Shown one piece after another: positions 1-11,320 of a stretch of DNA of 64,000 nt. A program made the position numbers and the translations under genes. The stretch comes from Octopus vulgaris (taxonomy: Eukaryota). Each line of letters starts with the position of its first letter. The first letter of the stretch is position 1. The notes under the pieces are model-generated. The model saw only the letters and a program-made list of their open reading frames with translations, was not told the DNA's origin and searched no databases. The stretch covers positions 12,090,001-12,154,000 of the forward strand of contig OX597814.1 in assembly GCA_951406725.2 (NCBI GenBank), given 5' to 3'.

Positions 1-271
1 TGTATGTATGTATGTATGTATGTATATATATGTGGGTGTTAGCGTATACACAACTGCGTAAGGATATATATATATATATATATGTATGTGTGTAGTGGGA
101 GAGAGAAAGGGAGAGGGAATGTATAAATGTGAATGAAAACATGTGTATGTGTGTGCGTAGTATGTGTAGTATGTATATATATAAATATATATATATGTAT
201 ATATACATACATATGTATATATATATTTATGTATATATATATGTATATATATATATGTATATATGTATATA

Positions 272-325
<54 letters not shown>

Positions 326-452
326 CACACACACGCACATATATATATATATATACACATATACACATACAAATAAACGCTTACATATACATATATGTTC
401 GCACTTGTACACATATATACATACGCACGCTCACACACACACACACACACAC
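1..452. repeat. Compound microsatellite (TATG)n/(TA)n/(CA)n
   Basis: Directly visible simple repeats; source of the YIYI/THTH ORFs. Confidence 0.95.
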
Positions 453-862
453 GTGCGTGTGCACACAGCTATTGGTAGAGAGAGATTTCCTCACTACAGA
501 AATTGCTTCAAGAAGCAATTCCCTAATTAACTCTACTTGAGATAAGTCAGACTACATAGTGTTTCCTCAAAGTGCTTGATAGGCGTGCGCGCACATACAC
601 GTTCATTCATAAACGCATACGCAAATAAACGGGAGCATAAACAAACACGAGTACGTATACTCAAAATTAGAAAAATACTCATACGTGTGAATACATGTAG
701 AATTCATTAATTAGGTAGGAGTTTTCCTGGTTTCAAAGCCTTGTTTTTTTTATGTAGGAGTGGGGAAAATGAGATTCTATGACGTTCATGCTTTCCTCAA
801 TTTGTTGGTGCCGACGTAAAGGAAATCAAATGAATCCATCATATCTAGGAAGTTGTAATATA

Positions 863-1003
863 TTAGGTTGTCCCAAAAGTTCGTAAACACTTGCGAAAAT
901 TGAATTTTTACTCGCCAAGTACTAACAAAAACAACAAAAATTATTCCTCAAAATAAAGACCATTATTTTCCAAGACTTTCTACGAACTTTTGGGACAACC
1001 TTA
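863..1003. mobile_element. Tc1/mariner-type MITE (141 bp)
   Basis: 23-bp TIRs TTAGGTTGTCCCAAAAGTTCGTA (863-885) and TACGAACTTTTGGGACAACCTTA (981-1003, 1 mismatch); TA on both flanks. Confidence 0.85.
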
Positions 1004-1943
1004 TATTTTGTATATTTATTCTGTTTTCTCATTACTGTGATAAGAAGATGCCGACGAACGAGGACAAGTTGATAGAATTGTTGCGCAAGAATCGAAAGAG
1101 TCAGGGTTTCAAATCAGCCGATATTACCAATCAGTTTAGAAATACAACAGAGAACGGAGTTCAGTTGGGGAAATATTTTCTCAAAACTGCCCTTCAGAGC
1201 TGCTGAAGTACTGAGCTTACATTATGAGCCACATTTGTCTTCTGCGGGACAACAGCTTTCCGACAAAACTCCCCAAGTCTGCAAAACTCTGACAACGAAT
1301 GAAAGAGAGCAAAACGCTTTTTTCGCTACAAGCACTTCAGACAGGTCCAGCTGAGGGCACTTCGTTACCTGTAGACTTTATCAAGAATTGTCGATGCACT
1401 CCTATAGTACTTTCAGGCCAAGGATATCTGAAAGTTATCCATTGGCCTCGAGCGGGAGGTCATTCAGAACAGACTAGTCAGTTCGTTCTTGACAATGCCT
1501 GGATTTTCCGTGAGGACATCGTCACTCTCTGCCACCATTACTTTTCTCCAACACTACTATTCTGTAGAATGCCATCATAGAAGTTATACCAATCATTGTT
1601 CAACTGATAAAGGACTGTAAATGTTTGACAATTTTTAAAACGTCAGGTGTCCAGTCATAGTCTGCATCTGAATCAAGATAGCCGCTTCCTCGAAACAAGC
1701 TGAAGCAAAACGTGCATGAAAAAGGGCAAGCTTACCTGTTCACCGCCTGGGAATCTCTGCAGATACGATAACCTTAGTATAGACCCGTGCTGAGTGTGTG
1801 TTAAAACAACAAAACAAAACAAAACAGATGGGCAATCTGATCAGTGAAAAGCTTTTCCCCCATAAGAAGCAGAAGAATAGAACACCCCAATCCGCCAGAA
1901 GAAAACTGCAGCAAATTATGACAGTTAGGTGGTAATACATAAC

Positions 1944-2331
1944 GGTCGTGGAGGCGCAATGGCCCAGTGGTTAGGGCAGCGGACTTGCGGTCATAGGATC
2001 GCGGTTTCGATTCCCAGACCGGGCGTTGTGAGTGTTTATTGAGCGAAAACACCTAAAGCTCCACGAGGCTCCGACAGGGGATGGTGGTGATCCCTGCTGT
2101 ACTCTTTCACCACAACTTTCTCTCACTCTTACTTCCTGTTTCTGTTGTACCTGTATTTCAAAGGGCCGGCCTTGTCACTCTCTGTGTCACGCTGAATATC
2201 CCCGAGAACTACGTTAAGGGTGCACGTGTCTGTGGAGTGCTCAGCCACTTACACGTTAATTTCACGAGCAGGCTGTTCCGTTGATTCGGATCAACCGGAA
2301 CCCTCGTCGTCGTAACCGACGGAGTGCTTCC
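1944..2331 (+). mobile_element. tRNA-derived SINE, family C
   Basis: A-box TGGCCCAGTGG, B-box-like GTTTCGATTCC; TSD AATACATAAC (1934-1943, 2332-2341); near-identical copy at 34023-34406. Confidence 0.9.
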
Positions 2332-2439
2332 AATACATAACAGAAACCATGCACACGTTCGCCATCTCAGCTTAAACCTTCGTAGATAACATTCTCTCTG
2401 GCAATTTTCACTTAGTTCACAACTTCGCCTCAGCTCTAT

Positions 2440-2950
2440 CCACTTGGAGCTCTGCTCAAAATTAGCTTCCAAGCATCTTAACAAAAATTTGCGCGATTCA
2501 GGCTGACCTGGGACTAAACAGCCACAGCAGTGAGAGTCCGATTTCACCCTGCTACAAATTGCAGTCAAATAACCTTATAGCGTTAAAAACAACAACAGAA
2601 CACGTCGGTGACTGTAGCCTTGGGTTACAATGTGCCAGGCCAAAATATTGGGATGGTCATGGTTGGAACGTCTGTGAATAAAAGCTTTGTTAGTTCAAAG
2701 CAGACTTGATATGGAGCTTAACAACAACGTCACCCAAATCACCAATAACCTCCACTGACACGATCCAAAGAGGAACCACTACGTTGTCACTCGATCTGTT
2801 AGAACCAACAGCTAAACCTCCCTCAGATCACATTCTACTTACTATCATAGAAAATAATATCGTATAATGTGGTGCTGAAATTTTGGCACAAAAAAAAGAC
2901 AGGATGGCCACGGATGGAACAATTTTGATCATGAGTCTAAGCAACAATAT
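2440..2950 (+). repeat. Tandem degenerate units of old interspersed repeat family F (~220 bp)
   Basis: Recurring GCTAGAAATAGCAGCCAAAT-like, GATGGTCATGGCTGGAA-like and GGCTGACCTGGGACTAAACAAC-like motifs; related copies near 7.3, 8.7, 12.0, 36.5, 40.9, 52.1-53.0 and 58.4-58.8 kb. Confidence 0.55.
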
Positions 2951-3417
2951 CTACTACCATAGCTATTACTACTACTACTACCTTACCTCCATTACTACTG
3001 CCGTCAAACGCAACTGTTACTACTATCAACAGCCATTAATCGTCTCCTTCCTTACATCTCTCTTCCTGTTTCCGCCACCCGCGCCTTCCGAGTTTATCGC
3101 TGTCTCGTTCCTTAGTTCCATCCCGTCACCTTACACTACCTGCTAAATGTACGTAGCATCCACAGTAATTTCATAATTACATATATTCACTACATTTTCT
3201 GTTATATTTATCTTTTTTCTACATTATGTCAGAGTTGTACTTGTTTGACATACGTTAAACTGAAACAATTATATTGGAAAGGGTTGTGGTAGTTGTATGC
3301 ATAGCCGTGTAGTTAAGACTTGCTTCTTAACAAAGAAGTTTAAGGTTAGGTCTCATTACGTGGCACCTAGTGCAAGTGTCTACTAATGTAAACGTAGCTT
3401 GACCAGTACCTTACATA

Positions 3418-3821
3418 TACTCTTTTACTCTTTTACTTGTTTCAGTCATTTGACTGTGGCCATGCTGGAGCACCGCCTTTAGTCGAGCAAATCGACCCCA
3501 GGACTTATTCTCTGTAAGCCTAGTACTTATTCTATTGGTCTCTTTTGCCGAACCGCTAAGTTACGGGGACGTAAACACACCAGCATCGGTTGTCAAGCGA
3601 TGTTGGGGGGCCAAACACAGACACACAAGCATACACATACACATATATATACATATATACGACGGGCTTCTTTCAGTTTCCGTCTACCAAATCCACTCAC
3701 AAGGCTTTGGTAGACCCGAGGCTATAGTAGAATACACTTGCCCAAGATACCACGCAGTGGGCCTGAACCCGGAACCATGTGGTTGGTAAACAAGCTACTT
3801 ACCACACAGACACTCCTGCGC
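3418..3821 (-). mobile_element. tRNA-derived SINE, family A
   Basis: On minus strand: head GCGCAGGAGTG..TGTGTGGTAAG, B-box GTTCAG.CCC, internal microsatellite, tail (GTAAAAGA)n. Confidence 0.9.
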
Positions 3822-3879
3822 TTATTTATAAGTAGATAGGTAAATAAACGCAAGTAGCACTCAATATAGGAAGTTGGAA

Positions 3880-4760
3880 TAAATATTTAATAACAAGCTG
3901 ATTCAGCTTCAACATTACTCCAAGCTTCGCAGGCGCAGATACGTGACTACACCTTCAGACGTGCGTGTGAGTATGTGTGTGTGTGTGTGATGGACATATC
4001 ACGTGATCACGTGATCGACCAGAGAATCAGCTTCGCCTCGTCCGCTGTTTTGTAAAATTAGGTATGCACTTCCATGTACCCCTACTTGGTAGAAAGAACT
4101 AACATCGTTCCAAACATCGACCAAGTCCTCTTTTGTCTATTATTTTGTAGGCATATACAAGCTCTCTCCACGTTTGGCAATACAGAAGTATGCTACCATC
4201 TCTCTTACCAGTTCTTTGATGTATTCCGAAGCCAAGGAGTCTCTGGCCGTTGCAACATCACTCTTCCATATATTCTTTTACATGAATCAACCAAACTCGA
4301 GCATTTAGCTAGCGTGGTAGAGAAACTGTCAATATTGGTTATAACAATGTTTCCATTTGAAGTATCCCTTACAGCAGTGGTTCCCAAACTATGAGTCGTA
4401 GCTTGACCAGTACCTTACATATACTCTTTACTCTATTACTTGTTTCAGTCATTTGACTGTGGCCATGCTGGAGCACCGCCTTTAGTCGCAAAAAGTTATA
4501 GAATTACGCATTAGCTTTGATTAACTGCTGTCTATCGAGATAGTTCAGTAGAGTTAAGTGGGTCGTCATAAACTGGTGTGATAAATAGTGGGTCGCGACT
4601 TTACAAAGTTTGGGAACCACTGCCTTACAGCGTTTGTGGTGTTGTCCAACGTATTTGCGTGTTTGGTGTGAATACAGTTCTGCTATTCAAGTACTCGTAA
4701 GGGCCTTGATAGTGCCAGATTATCAAAAATGTGGGATATTACTTAAACTCATCCAAAAAA
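3880..4760 (-). mobile_element. Possible decayed Penelope-like element 3' part (GIY-YIG relic plus degenerate HHR), interrupted by a hAT MITE
   Basis: Minus strand gives KYVGQ (YIG-like) just before the MITE site; degenerate HHR-like CUGAAGG..GUAG/CUGC..GAAG downstream at ~3917-3962; heavily frameshifted. Confidence 0.4.
4375..4622. mobile_element. hAT-type MITE carrying a captured local sequence
   Basis: 16-bp TIR CAGTGGTTCCCAAACT / AGTTTGGGAACCACTG; 8-bp TSD CCTTACAG (4367-4374, 4623-4630). Confidence 0.92.
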
Positions 4761-4765
4761 GATTA

Positions 4766-4929
4766 GCAGGAGTGGCTGTGTGGTAAGTAGCTTGCTAACC
4801 AACCACATGGTTCTGGGTTCAGTCCCACTGCGTGGCACCTTGGGCAAGTGTCTTCTATTATAGCCTCGGGCCGACCAAAGCCTTGTGAGTGGATTTGGTA
4901 GACGGAAACTGAAAGAAGCCCGTCGTATA

Positions 4930-4998
<69 letters not shown>

Positions 4999-5230
4999 AT
5001 GTGTGTGTTTGTGTGTCTGTGTTTGTCCTCCTAGCATTGCTTGACAACCGATGCTGGTGTGTTTATGTCCCCGTTATTAGCGGTTCGGCAAAAAGAGACC
5101 GATAGAATTAGTACTGGGCTTACAAAAGAATAAGTCCCGGGGGTCGAGTTGCTCGATTAAAGGCGGTGCTCCAGCATGGCCGCAGTCAAATGACTGAAAC
5201 AAGTAAAAGAGTAAAAGAGTAAAGAGAGTA
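4766..5230 (+). mobile_element. SINE family A
   Basis: A-box TGGCTGTGTGG, B-box GGTTCAGTCCC, internal (TA)n(TG)n, tail GTAAAAGA repeats. Confidence 0.92.
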
Positions 5231-5863
5231 AAATCTGTTTTCTAGAGTTAAATCATATTTTTTAAACCAGGTCATCAAATATGTAACTCAAGATATACTT
5301 TTTTCTTTTCGAGGGATAAATTAACTTTACGAATGCCACCTTATAAAGTTTCTAAATCACCCAACTGGAAAAAACACGCAAGCCTCTGCGATACCCATAT
5401 CTTCGTGAAACCGCTTAGCCTTTAGAATGACCATTGACCCTGAAATAAGAGTACTCTCAGATCGTTTTGCACTAAACCACTTAGATAAAACTTGCACCTA
5501 CTTCTGATGTCTATTTTCAATCAACACCTTTACTTCTACGCAGAGATAAGTAAAAGGTATACATTATCACTGTTACGTATCTTTGTATCTTTTGTTTCCC
5601 AATGTCATAAACTATTAAAGAAGCTATGTTATATTCACGCATGCCAACACCCCGAATTTTTACTTATTTTCAAACATTGCATAATTTAAGTTTTCTGGTG
5701 CAATGTTAGCGTTACAGGCTCTCTTTTTACATTTTTCCTAACTTAGTCACTCATGTTAACACTAGAAGACATTTCAATTTATGGATGGACAGTATACAAA
5801 TAGGTAAAGATTGAAACAAACCACTTAGTGGTAGGTGAATTTTCTTTCTTACTTTCTTACAAT

Positions 5864-6185
5864 TAAAAAAAGACTCCGCCGGTTACGACGACGAGGGTCC
5901 CAGCTGATACGATCAACGGAACAGCTTGCTCGTGAAATTAACGTGCAAATGGCTGAGCATTCCACAGACACGTGTACCCTTAACGTAGTTCTCGGGGATA
6001 ATCAGCGTGACACAGAGAGTGACAAGGCTGACCCTTTGAAATACAAGTACAACTCATTTTTGCCAGCTGAGTGGACTGGAGCAACGTGAAATAAAGTGTC
6101 TTCCTCAAGGACACAACGCGTCGCCGGGAATCGAACTCACAACCTTACGATCATGAGCCGAATGCACTAAGCCACGCGCCCTCAC
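5864..6185 (-). mobile_element. tRNA-derived SINE: D/E-type head and core joined to family C 3' half
   Basis: B-box GAGTTCGATTCC; core TGTGTCCTTGAG.AAGACACTTTATTTCACG; 3' half shared with 2150-2325; TSD CTTTCTTACAAT (5852-5863, 6186-6197). Confidence 0.88.
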
Positions 6186-6495
6186 CTTTCTTACAATAAA
6201 AAACAAAGGTGAAGCAAAGTAAAAATTGCTGACTATCGGGTATGTCATACTATTTTCCGATTAATGGAGATTTTCTGTGCTGCTCATTTTGTCTAAATTC
6301 TCTGCGTGTTTAATTAAACACTTTGAAGAATATCTGTTTATATTAGATCGAAATGTAGGATAAAATTTTTTCGAAAAAAAATTTTTTTAAAAAAAAAATT
6401 TTATCAATGGCCAACATATTAAAAAATACCTTTAAAAGTTAAAATTATAAACAATTCATAAATAAGGGCAAACGAAAAAATTTCTAATGCCAAAT

Positions 6496-6700
6496 ATGCC
6501 GAAAAATTGGACATATTGTCCATTAACCATATAATTTTGTATCACTGACGAAGGGGGGGCTGTTTTAAGCTAACCCTGAAATCGGTCCGATATGGTAATA
6601 ATGGAATTTTTTAGAAATTTCTGTCCAACTTTTTTCGAGTAGCGTGCGTATTGTGAAAAAATTATATGGTTAATGGACAATATGTCCAACTTTTCGGCAT
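6496..6700. repeat. 43-bp inverted repeat flanking the HHR
   Basis: 6496-6538 versus 6658-6700, 1 mismatch. Confidence 0.9.
6539..6593 (+). ncRNA. Penelope-type minimal type I hammerhead ribozyme motif
   Basis: gUAUCa-CUGACGA-AGGG...CCCU-GAAA-UCGG-UC|cGAUAu; core intact, one mismatch at the base of stem I. Confidence 0.65.
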
Positions 6701-7462
6701 GTTTACATTAGGGATACAAAAACCGTGGTGAACACCTCTTCCCGCGCCTTCATAAGAAGGGGCCATCTTGAAAACATAGTATAGACTGATTACCAAATAC
6801 GAAAATGTCCAAACACAAACCCTAATTTTTCATCCCAAGGCAAACGAAGTGGTCGTAAAAATGTTCCCTTGGTAAAATAATAAGAAAAATGGTTCTATTA
6901 TATAAAGTAAAACATTGTAAAATTCCACTTTCTTTGGGATGTCTATGACAAATGTCTGTCCATGGCAATCAACAACAACAAGAATTGTGTGCAATATAGG
7001 CACAAAGCCTGAAATTTAAGGGAGATGATTAAATCTATCTGTCTGTCTGTCTGTCTGTCTATCTGTCTATCTATCTATCTACAGGTCTATCTGCCAGTCT
7101 TTCCGCCCGTCTGTCCGTTCATCCATCCACATCATCACTACATTATAACCCTTCTATAATTTAACCAGACGGAACTTTAGAAAGCAAGTAAAGATAATGT
7201 TTTCTATCTCGACTATCTCGAACCAAGAGGGAAGCCTTTACGCGATTGCACGACACGTTCAGAATAGCAGCCAGATTATCTTATATCACACAGTACCATG
7301 CCAAAAAGGGTTGTACACATCTTGCCTAAATATACAAAAAATGGAGTCGATCAAGGTCTGCTGAACAAAGGTCTGCTGAAAATGAGGCTAAGCAATAGTA
7401 ACATTAACGACTCTTTCTCTCCAATTTTCTCTGTTTATCTACAGTTTATACACACATACATG

Positions 7463-7501
<39 letters not shown>

Positions 7502-7672
7502 CTCTCTCTCTCTCTCTGTGTCTCTATCTATTTTATACTGCTGTTCCTGTTTACGTTGGCACGGTGCCTGGTATCTGATGCTTAAATCCATCGACCAACC
7601 AACCTTTTCCAAGACAGGAATTCCCCAATACGAAAAACAAACAAAAAAAATCCTCCAAAATGGCGGCATACA

Positions 7673-7758
<86 letters not shown>

Positions 7759-7899
7759 TACACACACAGAGGCGATGCACTTGCTATTCTGTCTAGACAT
7801 CTAGTTAAAGAGTCTGTTGATTCTGCTATTTCTGAAACTTTCCTCCCCATTTTTGTTATCATTACAAATTCAACTCATTCTTGTTTTCCTTTATCACTA

Positions 7900-8425
7900 T
7901 TCTGCTGCTCATTCATTCTTTGTGTCTTGTCTTCTTTTCTTTTTCGAAGTCTTTATTTACTTTATTCTTACCATATTTCATGTTTCCATTTGCCTTCATT
8001 TTCTTTTCCCATCTTTCACTGTTCTTACACCATTCCTTACATTCTTTCTTTTCCCTTTTCTTTTGTTCCTTCCTTTCTTCCTTCTTTCATTTGTTTGTTT
8101 CTTATTTCTTTCTTTCTTTCTCCATTTCTTTCTTTCTCCTTCATTTTTTCTTTGTTTTCTTTTTTCTCCATTTCATTCCTTGTTCATTTCTTTTTGTTTC
8201 CTTCTTCCCTTTTCCATGTCTTTCTTCCTTCACTTCTTTCTTTCTTTCATTTCTTTCTTCTTTCTATGTTTGTTTCTTTCATTTCTTTCTTTCTTTCTTT
8301 CTTTCTTTCTCTATTTCTTTCTTTCTTTCTGTCTGTCTTTCTTTCTCCTTCATTTTTTCTTTGTTTCTTTTTCCTCCATTTCATTCTTTTTCATTTCTTT
8401 TTCTTTCCTTCTTCCCTTTTCTATT

Positions 8426-8464
<39 letters not shown>

Positions 8465-8600
8465 CTATTTCTTTCTTTCCCTATTTCTTTCGTTCTTTCT
8501 TTCTCCATTTCTCTTCCTTCCTTAATTTCTTTGTCTTAATTTCTTTCCTCCTTCCTCTTCCTTCATTTCTTTCTTTTTCTTTTCCCCCTCCTTTGATTCT
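7900..8600. repeat. ~700-bp polypyrimidine (TTTC)n-rich tract with an internal duplication at ~210-bp spacing
   Basis: Almost only C/T; block near 8127-8222 recurs near 8337-8430. Confidence 0.85.
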
Positions 8601-8940
8601 CATCTATCCCTAGTGTCGGTAAAAAAAAGTCATCTGTTCTTGTCATTGTTGTTGCTGTCGTTATTTAGCAACAAGTCAACTGATCAAAGTCTTTATGATG
8701 AAAGTCCTTCCAGCCATCATCCTCCCGCCTTTCTTTCATTATACAATATGATATATCATAGGATTACACGATTCAAAACGCCCTCCTCTTCTTTTAAAGA
8801 CAACAGTGTGTAATGCAAGAATTTTTTGGCTGCTATTTTTAACAGGTCAAGCGAAATGAATATCAGTAATGTACTAGAGACGACATAATTGACTATAGAC
8901 CCCGCTCAAAATTGAGATCTTGCGGCTTGATAGAATCGTT

Positions 8941-9332
8941 TGAAAGACTTCCGTTTGTGCCCCTCCATAAAATTTTTAAAAAAATTATTAGACATAATGG
9001 AAAATTGATTTCCTACCATGTCTTATAATAATAATGATAAGATAGTCATAAAAAAATTAAGAATTTCTATTAAAAAAGCTTCATTTCTGCATTACTCTTT
9101 TACACTTTTACTTGTTTCACTCATTTGACTGTGGCCATGCTGGAGCACCGCCTTTAGTCAAGCAAATCGACCCCAGGACTTATTCTTTGGAAGCCTAGTA
9201 CTTATTCTATCGGTCTCTGTTGCTGGACCGCTAAGTTACGGGGACGTAAATAAACCACCATCGGTTGTCAAGCGATGTTGGGGGACAAACACAGACATAC
9301 AAACATATACACATACATTCATGCATACATAC

Positions 9333-9366
<34 letters not shown>

Positions 9367-9770
9367 GACGGGCTTCTTTCAGTTTTCGTCTACCAAATCC
9401 ACTCACAAGGCTTTGGTCGGCCCGAAGCTATAGTAGAAGACACGCAGTGTGAATGAACCCAGAACCATGTGGCTGGTAAGCAAGCTACTTACCACACAGC
9501 CACTCTTGTGCCTATACCTATATGTATATACATGTCCCAATGTTAAGTAAATTTCTTAGAGTTAGGCAATTTAGGCCTTAAGGTTAGGCAAACTGGGACA
9601 TGAATATATATAATACAGAAATGAAGTTTTTTTAATAGAAATTCTTAATTTTTATGATTTTCTCATCTTTATTATTATAAGACATGGTAGGAAATCAATT
9701 TTCCACCATGTCTAATATGTCTAATATTAAAAAAAAAATTTCATGGTCGGATACAAATGGAAGTCTTTCC
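8941..9770. mobile_element. Long-TIR foldback DNA element (Mutator-like or other), interrupted by SINE A
   Basis: Imperfect TIRs of more than 150 bp, (T/G)GAAAGACTTCC...GGAAGTCTTTCC; 8-bp TSD GAATCGTT (8933-8940, 9771-9778); superfamily uncertain. Confidence 0.8.
9093..9513 (-). mobile_element. SINE family A
   Basis: Family A sequence on minus strand, nested in the foldback element. Confidence 0.9.
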
Positions 9771-10495
9771 GAATCGTTAAAGCGTCAGAAAAAATTCTTG
9801 CACTATTTGTTTCGGTTCTAGATGTTACGAATTCAAATCCCTCCTGGATTAATAAATTGAAGTACCAGTTAAGTACAGATGTCGATGTTATCAAGAAACC
9901 CCTCCCACAAAAATTGTTGACCTTGTGTTTAAATTTAAGAAAAAAAAATCGCAAAAAGAAAGTAAAATCGAGCGTAAAACGAACATTATATAGAGCAGAG
10001 TGACACTGTTTACATTCCAAGCCCATCAACAGCAGGAACAACAACAACAACAACAACGACCATAAAAGTATCGACAAAATCCATAAAAGCAACCACGATA
10101 ACGACGACAGAAGCCACAATTTGGTGAAATAAATAAATAAAAAGACAAGGGTGGTTAAGGGAGAGAGAAGGAAGAAGGTTACAATTACGACTGCTGTTAG
10201 TTGTTTTTATTTTGCTTTATATACTAATTATCCTCATCTTTTTAATCCGTTAAGTTTTATACGTACACGCACACACTCATACATATGTAAAAAGCGATGA
10301 TATGCGCGCATATGCAAAAGACCTAAGTACGAAGAAACGTGTCCACGCAGAATATAAGTGTAGACGCATACACTTACATATATGCTGTACCGGAAACTGT
10401 CTTAATGTAAAAAGTCCTGTCACTTTTTTAGTGACCAGCTTGAAATCCATGAAGAACTTAGACAAATCTCAAAGATAAAATACATACATACATAC

Positions 10496-10667
10496 AGGCG
10501 CAGGAGTGGCTGTGTGGTAAGTAGCTTGCTTACCAACCACATGGTTCAGGGTTCTGTCCCACAGCGTGGCATCTTGGGCAAGTGTCTTCTACTATAGCCT
10601 CGGGTCGACAAAAGCCTTGTTAGTGGATTTGGTAGACGGAAACTGAAAGAAGCCTGTCGTATATATG

Positions 10668-10704
<37 letters not shown>

Positions 10705-10907
10705 TTGTGCGTCTGTGTTTGTCCCCCTAGCATTGCTTGACAACCGATGCTGGTGTGTTTACGTCCCCGTAACTTAGCAGTTCGGCAAAAGAGACCGATA
10801 GAATAAGTACTGGGCTTACAAAGAATAAGTCCTGGGGTCGATTTGCTCGACTAGAGGTGGTGCTACAGCATGGCCGCAGTCAAATGACTGAAACAAGTAA
10901 AAGAGTA
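10496..10907 (+). mobile_element. SINE family A
   Basis: Full head GGCGCAGGAGTGGCTGTGTGG through tail GTAAAAGAGTA. Confidence 0.92.
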
Positions 10908-11084
10908 TACATACACGCATACAACTGCACCATGCGCGCACACATATACGATTACATACATATATAAATGTGTGCGGGTATGTATCTATGCATGTCTGAA
11001 AGTGCGTGGTTTAGCGGTTAGGGTGTTAGGCTCACAAACGCAAGGTTGTGGCTTCGATTTTCGGACAAGGCAGCAAATTATTTA

Positions 11085-11225
11085 ATAGCACCTCAGTGAT
11101 GCAATCAGATAGATAGCTACCGATCCAAGATATGAGAGACAGCTGGGGCTCATTGACGAGCAGTTTTAACAAGAGTTTCGTGTGCCACATTCGGTGGAAT
11201 ATTTTGCTGACGTTGAGAGTGATTC
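11085..11225 (-). pseudogene. LINE reverse transcriptase fragment
   Basis: TLNVSKIFHRMWHTKLLLKL...LISWIGSYLSD resembles the non-LTR RT motif LDISKAFDRVWH..LL.KL....WI.SYLS.R. Confidence 0.7.
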
Positions 11226-11320
11226 TGTTGTGTCTGGGGAGAGTCATTTTATTTTTGTGCCTTATAATGTAACACACACACACCGGTAAAATTTCCACTT
11301 TTTATCTTATTTTTATTTTC

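Noticed and set aside
39-540. YIYI/THTH/VCVC ORFs here and at 26-27, 30, 34.7, 41-42, 44, 46, 58 and 60.5 kb
   Set aside because: Translations of dinucleotide and tetranucleotide microsatellites.
3535-3789. Recurring peptide DGLLSVSVYQIHSQGFGRPEAIVEDTCPR that looks like a gene family
   Set aside because: Antisense translation of SINE A; frames and stops differ between copies.
7660-8613. Longest ORF (317 aa, F/S/L-rich, membrane-protein-like) and overlapping 240/214-aa ORFs
   Set aside because: Open in all three frames because the (TTTC)n tract lacks stop codons; low-complexity artefact.
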